Shown one piece after another: positions 16,764-23,578 of a stretch of DNA of 25,322 nt. How positions within the stretch are numbered: position 1 is the stretch's first letter; every line of letters starts with the position of its first letter. The stretch lies in assembly GCA_040386535.1 (NCBI GenBank), contig JAZKFH010000008.1, forward strand, positions 43,646 through 68,967, in the 5' to 3' direction. The translations under genes and the position numbers were made by a program. Origin of the DNA: Myxococcota bacterium. Lineage in GTDB: Bacteria > Myxococcota_A > UBA796 > SXON01. The notes under the pieces are model-generated. The model saw nothing but the letters and a program-made list of their open reading frames with translations, was not told the origin of the DNA and did no database searches.

Positions 16764-17722
16764 GCCGCCTCGGGCGCGCCGCCCCCGCGCCCTCCGCCCC
16801 TGCGCCTGCGCGACTCCAGGCGCTCGCCCACCACCTCGAGGCCGTGCAGGCCCTCGCGGCCACGCCGGCGAACATCGCGCGGGATCCCATCCGGTTTCCG
16901 CGCGCGTACACGGAGCTGCGCGACATCGAGGTGGCCGCCGTGCTCTCGGCGCAGCTGGCGTACGGGCGCGTGGACCTCTTCGGCCCCGTCATCGCGCGGC
17001 TCCTCGCCATCGCGGACACCCACGGTGGGCCCGCCGCCTACGTGCTCGGGTTCGACGAAACGCGGGCGCGCGCGCTCGACGGCGTAGTCTACCGCTGGAA
17101 CCGCGCGGAGGACTTCGTGCTGTTGTTCCGCACGCTCCAGGTCGTCTACCGGCGGCACGAGAGCCTCGGCGCCTTGTTCGTGCCGGGCCCCACCGCCGCT
17201 TCGCTCGGCGGCGCGGTGGACACGTTGCGCGCCCTGCTCCCCGACGCCCCCTCCCGCGGCTTCAAGACCTGGCTCGCGCACCCGGAGGACGGGAGCGCGT
17301 GCAAGCGATGGTTGATGTTCCTGCGCTGGATGGTGCGGCGGGACGGCGCCGATCTCGGGGTGTGGACCCACCTCTCCCCGCGGGACCTCGTCATCCCGCT
17401 CGACACCCACGTCATGCGCCTCTCCGGCTTCCTCGGGCTCACCACGCGTCGCGACGCGAGCTGGCGCACGGCGGAGGAGGTCACCGCCGCGCTGCGGCTG
17501 CTCGATCCCGACGATCCCGTGCGCTTCGACTTCGCGCTCGCCCACCTGGGCATCTCCGGCGCGTGCCGGGGCTTCCGCCACGTCGACGTGTGCCCCGCGT
17601 GCCCGCTCGACCCGCTGTGCGCCGCGCCCGCAGCAGCCCCCGTAGCGGCCCCCGCGCCCCCTGCGTCGCCTACCGGAGCCGCTCTTCCCACTCGCGCGCC
17701 CGCCGCCCGCCCGCGCCGCTGA
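16760..17722 (+). CDS. TIGR02757/DUF2400-like protein (HhH-GPD superfamily related) with C-terminal 4-Cys cluster
   Basis: GTGA overlap; DPIRFP, DIEVAAVLSAQLAYGRV, SACKRWLMFLRWMVR, DLGVW, IPLDTHV, DPDDPVRFDFAL; C-x8-C-x2-C-x5-C. Confidence 0.9.
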   Translation: MSRLGRAAPAPSAPAPARLQALAHHLEAVQALAATPANIARDPIRFPRAYTELRDIEVAAVLSAQLAYGRVDLFGPVIARLLAIADTHGGPAAYVLGFDETRARALDGVVYRWNRAEDFVLLFRTLQVVYRRHESLGALFVPGPTAASLGGAVDTLRALLPDAPSRGFKTWLAHPEDGSACKRWLMFLRWMVRRDGADLGVWTHLSPRDLVIPLDTHVMRLSGFLGLTTRRDASWRTAEEVTAALRLLDPDDPVRFDFALAHLGISGACRGFRHVDVCPACPLDPLCAAPAAAPVAAPAPPASPTGAALPTRAPAARPRR

Positions 17723-18434
17723 GCCGCACGTAGAGCGCGCCGCGGAACAACATCACGAGGTGGACCAGCGCGACGAGGCCGAAGCCGATGGCCCACCCGA
17801 CCAGGCCCGAGCCGGCGCTCATCGCGAGGCTGCCGGTGGTCGTGAAGCCGAACCGGGGCCCGAACAGGGTGAGGATGGCCGGGGCCTGGGCGGGGAAGGC
17901 GAGCCACAGGAGCCCGAGCGCCACGACCTGCGGGACCAGCCACTCCGGGCCGTGGCTCATCATGAACTTCCACGCCTCGCCCATCAGCTCGAGGCCCCCG
18001 CTCCGGACGCGCCGGATCATCTCGGGCACCGGGTTGAGGAACAACATCACGGCGATGTTGAGCACCAGCACGACCAGCGGAGGCGCGCCGAGGAGGCTCA
18101 GCACGAGGTCGACCATCCACAGCGGGAACAGGATGTTGATCACGTCCCACGTCGAGGCGCCGAGGTTGGCGCGGAGCGCGTCCGCTCCGACGTTCCGCTT
18201 CACGCTCAGCGCGTCCTGGAGCATCGCCAGGTAGGTGCCGGCGCACGCCGCGTTGAGGAACGAGATCAGGAGGCCGCCGAGGATCCCCAACGGCGACACC
18301 ACCATCCCGACGACGGTGAGCAGCGGAAAACACAGCAGGAGCGTGATGAACGCCCATGCGCTGCGGGGGAAGGTCTTGCCCGCGTCGCGCGCCGCGTCCA
18401 GATAGATTCGTAGTGTGGCGGTGAGGAGTCGCAC
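17670..18434 (-). CDS. Hypothetical integral membrane protein (about 6 TM)
   Basis: Alternating hydrophobic segments; FLNPVPE, EWLVPQ, MLFRGALY..L, RRAREW; GGAGGT upstream. Confidence 0.75.
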   Translation of the reverse strand: MRLLTATLRIYLDAARDAGKTFPRSAWAFITLLLCFPLLTVVGMVVSPLGILGGLLISFLNAACAGTYLAMLQDALSVKRNVGADALRANLGASTWDVINILFPLWMVDLVLSLLGAPPLVVLVLNIAVMLFLNPVPEMIRRVRSGGLELMGEAWKFMMSHGPEWLVPQVVALGLLWLAFPAQAPAILTLFGPRFGFTTTGSLAMSAGSGLVGWAIGFGLVALVHLVMLFRGALYVRLSGAGGRRAREWEERLR

Positions 18435-18512
18435 CGACCCGGTTTACCTCCGCACGTTTGCTTCCGCCGCTCAGATTCACAGAGCCAGGTTTCGCAGAAG
18501 GGGACGGTCCCA

Positions 18513-19088
18513 ATGTTCCTCGCGCTGGTCGCGTCGGCTCTCGCGGTCGCCGCCCCTCACCTCCCCGAGCTCACCGAAGCGGAGTGGGCGAAGCTCGACG
18601 AGGGGAAGGTCGTGATGCGCGCCCAGAGCGAGGGGGCCCGGGTGACCGCCACCGGCGTCGTCAAGGTCGCGGCCGACGCCGCCACGTTGTGGCCCGCCGT
18701 GCTCGACATCCAGGCGCGCATCGCCGAGAACAAGACCCTCGCCGACGTGCGGGAGTACCGGCGGAACGGGCCCAACGAGTGGTTCCTCCAGGTGGACATG
18801 GAGGTGGTCGGGACCGACCTGCGCATCCACCACCACTACACCTGGGACCCCGTCGCGAACGTCGCCACGTACACGCTCGATCCGACCCAGCCGAACGATC
18901 TCGCGCTTGCCGACGGGTGGTACCTCGTGCGGCCCGTGGACGGGGGCACCGTGCTGGTCTACCAGGCGGTCACGGAGGCGAAGGTGCCCGTGCCCGGCTG
19001 GGTCAAGAAGTGGCTCGCGCGCGACCAGATGGAGGGGCTGCTCCAAGGCATTCGCCGCCGGGCGGAGCGGAGCCCCCGGCACGGCTGA
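18513..19088 (+). CDS. Secreted SRPBCC/START-fold (polyketide cyclase-like) protein
   Basis: Signal MFLALVASALA; A.GVV.A....LW.AVLD, DGWYLVRP..GGT.LVY, VPVPGWV..W C-terminal helix. Confidence 0.75.
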   Translation: MFLALVASALAVAAPHLPELTEAEWAKLDEGKVVMRAQSEGARVTATGVVKVAADAATLWPAVLDIQARIAENKTLADVREYRRNGPNEWFLQVDMEVVGTDLRIHHHYTWDPVANVATYTLDPTQPNDLALADGWYLVRPVDGGTVLVYQAVTEAKVPVPGWVKKWLARDQMEGLLQGIRRRAERSPRHG

Positions 19089-21869
19089 CTACGGCGTGCA
19101 GATCCCCGTGGCGTTGCTGCACACGAACGACGCCGTGGCCCCGTAGGTTGTGTAGTCCTGGTACCCGCTGGTCTTGATCGTCACGTCCTCGCCGACGTTG
19201 TCGGTGGCCCCGGTGCCGAAGTCGCACGACACGGAGGTGAACACGGCGACGCTCGTCTGGTTGCTGAGGTACACCCCGCTCCCCCGATCGGTCGCCACGT
19301 TGCTGTGGACGGCACCGGACGAGCAGCTGGCGGTTCCCGTATCGATGAAGAGCCCGCCGCCGTCGTCGCTCGCGTCGTTGGACAGGACATCGGTGCCCGT
19401 CATCGTGAGGGTGCCGTCGTCCAGGAAGACGCCGCCGCCGTCGCTCGCGGTGTTGTCCTGGATGACGCTGTCCACGAGGGTCAGGTCCGCGCCGAGGATC
19501 GCGTGGACGCCGCCGCCGTTCGTGGTCGCCGTGTTGCCCTCGACCGTCGTGCGCGTGAGCTTGACCCAGGCGAGCGTGCCGTAGGCGGCGACGCCGCCGC
19601 CGTTCGTCGCCGTGTTGCCGGTGATGACGCAGTCCTCGATCTCGAGGTTGGGCGCGGCCAACGCCGTGGTCACGTTGTCGAGCACACCGCCGCCGTAGCC
19701 GGACCCGCCCTTGCCGCCGGTGATCGTGAAGCCCGAGAGGAGGACGCTGCCGTTCGTCACGGTCACGACCGGGCTGGTGGCAGCGCCGTTCTGGAGCGTG
19801 GTCTCCTCCGCGCCGTACACGCCCACGATGTCGGTCGTGTCGCTGCTTGCGACGAGGCGCGTGTAGTACGTGCCCGCGCAGAAGGAGTACGTGCCGCTCT
19901 CGAGGGCCACCACCGTGGAGGCGGCCGACGCGGCGGCGAAGCTCGACGACACGTCGGTCGTCACGTCGCTCGTGTTCGTGAACGAGACGGTCTGGTCCTC
20001 GTCGGCCGAGGTCCACGTGCCGGCCGTGGTGCAGTTGTTCGCCTCGCCGTCGCAGAGCTCGGTGGCGCCGGGGTAGACGTAGGCGCTCGCGTCGTTACAG
20101 TCGTCGTCGTTCGTCACGTCGCCGGCGCTGGAGGAGCAGTCCCCCGCATCGCCGTCGTCGCCGTAGCTGTCGTCGTCCGCGTCGGCATAGTAGAGCGTCA
20201 GGCCCTCGTCGACGGAGCTGTCGCAGTCGTCGTCGAGGTCGTTGCAGGTCTCGGTGCGGCCCGGGTTCACGGTCGCCGAAGAGTCGTTGCAGTCGTCGTC
20301 GTTGGTGGCGGTGTAGGTGCCGGACGCCTCGCACGCGCACTGGTTCGCCGTGGCACCGTAGGTGTCGGCGTCGGCATCGCGGTACCACGTGGTGCAGCCC
20401 ACCGCGCCCACCGAGTTGGTGCTGCCGTCGCAGTCGTCGTCGGCGTCGGTCGCGCAGGACTCGGTGCCGTCGGGGTTCACGGTGGCGTCCGCGTCGTCGC
20501 AATCCCCGCCCGCGGTCCCGGTGTAGGGGGCCTCCGCCTCGCACAGGCACGCCGAGGTGTCCGCACCGAACCCGTCCGCGTCGGAGTCGGCGTAGAACGC
20601 CGTGCAGCCGACCGCGCCGTCGTCGTTGTCGCTGCCGGAGCAGTCCTCGTCGACCTCGTTGCCGCAGGCCTCCAGGGCGCCGGGGTTCACCGAGCCGACG
20701 GTGTCGTCACAGTCGGTGTCGCTCGCGTAGCTGTCGTGGTCCTGGTCGAAGTCGTCGTCCCCCGCGCAGTCGGCGTCGACGCCGTCGTACCAGGACTCGG
20801 TCGCCGCCGGGTTCGTGGTGGCGAGCGTGTCGTCGCAGTCGTCTCCGAAGGAGCCGCCGCCGTCCCGGTAGGCGTCGGTCTGGAAGCCGTCGAGATCCTG
20901 GTCGAAGTCGTCGTCCCCGGCGCAGTCCTGGTCGAGGCCGTCATAGGCCGTGTCGGCCGCGTCGGGGTGCGCGGCCTCGGGGCCGAAGGCCGGAAAACCG
21001 TTCAGCGGAGCCCAGAGCGCAAGATCGGTGGGGTCGTCGTAGCAGTCGCCCGGCTGGTACGCCTCGGGCACCTCGAACGCGTAGTCGGCGATGTAGTAGC
21101 CGTCGCCGTCCTGATCGCCGTCGTTGCCGTCGCAGTTGTCGTCGAGCCCGTCGTACCAGATCTCGGGCACGGAGGGGTCGGGGAACCGCGTGGCGTCGAG
21201 GTCGTCACACTCCAGATCGCGGGCGTAGCCGTCGCCGTCCTGATCGTAGTCGTCGTTGCCCGCGCAGTCGGCGTCGGTGCCGTCGTACCAGCCGTCGTCC
21301 GCGTCGGGGTTCACCTCGGCGGGGTCGAGGCCGGCGTCGTTCGTGAAGTCGTCCTCCACGCCGTCGTAGCAGTCCTCGCCCGGGCCGCTCGCGCTCGGGT
21401 TGGACGCGGAGGTGAAGCCGTCGTCGTCCTGATCGTAGTCGTCGTCTCCCGCGCAGTCCTGGTCGATGCCGTCGTACCAGATCTCGAGCGCGCCCGGAAA
21501 CACCTCGGACGCGTCGAGCTGCTCGGACGGATCGTCCGCCTCGAACGCGCCGGGCAACACGTCGGGATCGTCCCAACAGTCGTCGCTCGGGAGCGCCCCG
21601 CTCGGATCGGGATGGGCGACCGAGCCGTGGCCGTCGCCGTCCTTGTCGAAGTCGCTGTCCCCGGCGCAGTCCTGGTCGAAGCCGTCGTACCAGGCCTCTT
21701 GCGCGCCGGGGTGGATGTCCCCGCTGTTGATGCCCTCCGGCCCCGTCTCGTTGTCCCAACAATCGCCGTCGGCGATGGTGTACCCGTCACCGTCGACATC
21801 GACGGGGGTCCACTTGCCCGAGCAGGCGGAGAGAAGCAAAAACGCGAGGGTAGACGTGAGCGGTCGCAT
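19089..21869 (-). CDS. Lipoprotein with MopE-like (putative metal-binding) Asp/Cys repeats and C-terminal right-handed beta-helix (Pmp-like GGG repeats)
   Basis: Lipobox LSA-C; many DC.D....PGA.E.WYDG.DQDCAG..D.DQD.DG repeats; N.A..GGGV repeats in the C-terminal third. Confidence 0.85.
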   Translation of the reverse strand: MRPLTSTLAFLLLSACSGKWTPVDVDGDGYTIADGDCWDNETGPEGINSGDIHPGAQEAWYDGFDQDCAGDSDFDKDGDGHGSVAHPDPSGALPSDDCWDDPDVLPGAFEADDPSEQLDASEVFPGALEIWYDGIDQDCAGDDDYDQDDDGFTSASNPSASGPGEDCYDGVEDDFTNDAGLDPAEVNPDADDGWYDGTDADCAGNDDYDQDGDGYARDLECDDLDATRFPDPSVPEIWYDGLDDNCDGNDGDQDGDGYYIADYAFEVPEAYQPGDCYDDPTDLALWAPLNGFPAFGPEAAHPDAADTAYDGLDQDCAGDDDFDQDLDGFQTDAYRDGGGSFGDDCDDTLATTNPAATESWYDGVDADCAGDDDFDQDHDSYASDTDCDDTVGSVNPGALEACGNEVDEDCSGSDNDDGAVGCTAFYADSDADGFGADTSACLCEAEAPYTGTAGGDCDDADATVNPDGTESCATDADDDCDGSTNSVGAVGCTTWYRDADADTYGATANQCACEASGTYTATNDDDCNDSSATVNPGRTETCNDLDDDCDSSVDEGLTLYYADADDDSYGDDGDAGDCSSSAGDVTNDDDCNDASAYVYPGATELCDGEANNCTTAGTWTSADEDQTVSFTNTSDVTTDVSSSFAAASAASTVVALESGTYSFCAGTYYTRLVASSDTTDIVGVYGAEETTLQNGAATSPVVTVTNGSVLLSGFTITGGKGGSGYGGGVLDNVTTALAAPNLEIEDCVITGNTATNGGGVAAYGTLAWVKLTRTTVEGNTATTNGGGVHAILGADLTLVDSVIQDNTASDGGGVFLDDGTLTMTGTDVLSNDASDDGGGLFIDTGTASCSSGAVHSNVATDRGSGVYLSNQTSVAVFTSVSCDFGTGATDNVGEDVTIKTSGYQDYTTYGATASFVCSNATGICTP

Positions 21870-22075
21870 GGCGCCACACTACCACGGCGGCGACCGGATG
21901 GCCGGTAGGCGTCACGGAGCGCAGGCGGCCGTAAGTTCGGCGCGCGACGTAGCAGCGGGAGCAGGTGCTGAGATAGGCTGGTCCGTCGGGGGAAAGAGAT
22001 GCTTCTCGGTCTGGTGTCGGTGGCGCTCGCCGACCCGCTCGGCACCTCCCCGGCGCCCGTCGGGCGCGGGTTCCC

Positions 22076-23575
22076 TTGGTAGGGGGCCGCCGCCGCTACG
22101 AGGTTCGTGGGCTCCTGGGAGAAGGCGCGTTCGGGGCCGTGTACCTGGCGCGCGCGGTCGGGGGCGGCATCCAGCGCGAGGTCGCCATCAAGGTGCTCCA
22201 CCCGGACCGCGCGAACAGCCCGGCCATCGTCGGGCGCCTGCGGGACGAGGCGAGGATGCTCGCGCTGATCCGGCACCGCGCCATCGTCCGCGTGGACGAC
22301 CTCATCGAGCTCGACGGCGACTGGTCGATCGTCATGGAGTACGTCGAGGGCTGTGACGTGGCCGCGCTCCTCCGCGGGGGGGCCATCGCGCCGGCGGTCG
22401 CCCTCGCGATCACGGAGGAGGTGGCGAACGCGCTCCATGCGGCGTGGAACCAGGCGGGCCCCGAGGGCAACCCCCTCCGGCTCGTCCACCGCGACATCAA
22501 GCCCGGCAACGTGCGGATCACCGCCCAGGGCGAGGTGAAGCTGCTCGACTTCGGGGTCGCGCGCGCCGACTTCGCCGAGCGGGAGGCGGGCACCACGCTC
22601 ACCGGGTTCGGCACGCTCTCGTACATGGCGCCGGAGCGTTTCGAGGGGCGGGACTCCCACGAGAGCGACATCTACGCGCTCGGGGTGTTCCTGTTCGAGA
22701 TGTTGACCGGGGTGACCCCCGGAAAGACCGCCGCGGACCGCGATCGCCAGCCCCCCGGGCGCCGGTTCGCCGAACAATGGGCGTACATCGCGGGCCTCTC
22801 GGTCGACCTGCACGCCCTCGTCGCAGGGATGCTCGCCTACGAGCCCGAGCGCCGGCCTGTCGCGCGGGACTGCGCGCGCGCCCTCGGGCAGGTGCGGGGG
22901 GCCCTCCGGGGCGAGCGGATCGAGGACTGGGCGGCGCGGACCGTGCCCGTGGTGCTGGCCGAAGGGGGGCCGCCGCGAGACAGCGCGCGCACCGGCACCA
23001 TCCTGACGGAGCGCTCGGGGCAGGTCGTCGAGGCGGAGCCGCGTGCCGGCGTGCTGCCGTGGCTGGCCGGCGGCGTCGTCTCGATCGTGGCGTTCGGCGC
23101 GCTGCTGATGGTTGCGGCAACGGGAGCGTGGTGGGTTTGGCACACCCCGCCGGCTCCGGTGGTGATGGTCGCGACTCCGGTCCCGCTCGTCGCGCCCGCG
23201 CCGGTCGCGTCGGTCTCTCCGACGCCCGCGGTGGCTGCTCCCGAGCAGAGCGCCGAGCCTGCGCCGCCGCCCGCGACCGCACGGGCCCGCGTCGCCACGC
23301 GAACGAGCGCGCCGGTCGCGCCGACGTCGGCGCCCTCCGTGCCTGCGGGCCGCGAAGGGCGGCTCCGCCTCGCGGGTGATCCGGTGCAGGCGACCTTCAC
23401 GAGCGCCGCCGGAACCTTCGGCGTGGGTGCCCTCGCCGCGGGGACCTACACCGGCGAGGTGACGTTCGAGGCCGGCACCACGGTGGTCATCCCCAACATC
23501 GTCGTGAGCGCCGGGCGCGTCACGTGGCTCACCTGCAAGGCGAACTTCGGGAACTGCACGCCTACCCAGGAGTAG
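22076..23575 (+). CDS. Membrane-anchored Hanks-type Ser/Thr protein kinase
   Basis: LGEGAFGAVY, VAIK, HRDIKPGN, DFG, GTLSYMAPE, SDIYALG; TM helix; Pro/Ala linker; small C-terminal beta domain with two Cys. TTG start. Confidence 0.95.
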   Translation: MVGGRRRYEVRGLLGEGAFGAVYLARAVGGGIQREVAIKVLHPDRANSPAIVGRLRDEARMLALIRHRAIVRVDDLIELDGDWSIVMEYVEGCDVAALLRGGAIAPAVALAITEEVANALHAAWNQAGPEGNPLRLVHRDIKPGNVRITAQGEVKLLDFGVARADFAEREAGTTLTGFGTLSYMAPERFEGRDSHESDIYALGVFLFEMLTGVTPGKTAADRDRQPPGRRFAEQWAYIAGLSVDLHALVAGMLAYEPERRPVARDCARALGQVRGALRGERIEDWAARTVPVVLAEGGPPRDSARTGTILTERSGQVVEAEPRAGVLPWLAGGVVSIVAFGALLMVAATGAWWVWHTPPAPVVMVATPVPLVAPAPVASVSPTPAVAAPEQSAEPAPPPATARARVATRTSAPVAPTSAPSVPAGREGRLRLAGDPVQATFTSAAGTFGVGALAAGTYTGEVTFEAGTTVVIPNIVVSAGRVTWLTCKANFGNCTPTQE

Positions 23576-23578
23576 TTG

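Noticed and set aside
19089..19900. Autotransporter (type V) call for the Pmp-like proteins
   Set aside because: No C-terminal translocator barrel; the proteins end right after the beta-helix
19305..21908. 867-aa plus-strand ORF and similar long ORFs (2090..3643, 4317..6221, 6257..7966, 12966..14492, 21311..23143)
   Set aside because: Antisense shadows of real genes caused by high GC3; Arg/Gly/Val-rich and no motifs
21934..21944. AGTTCGGCGCG identical to the hairpin arm at 42-52
   Set aside because: A single 11-mer with no partner arm; plausible by chance in GC-rich DNA
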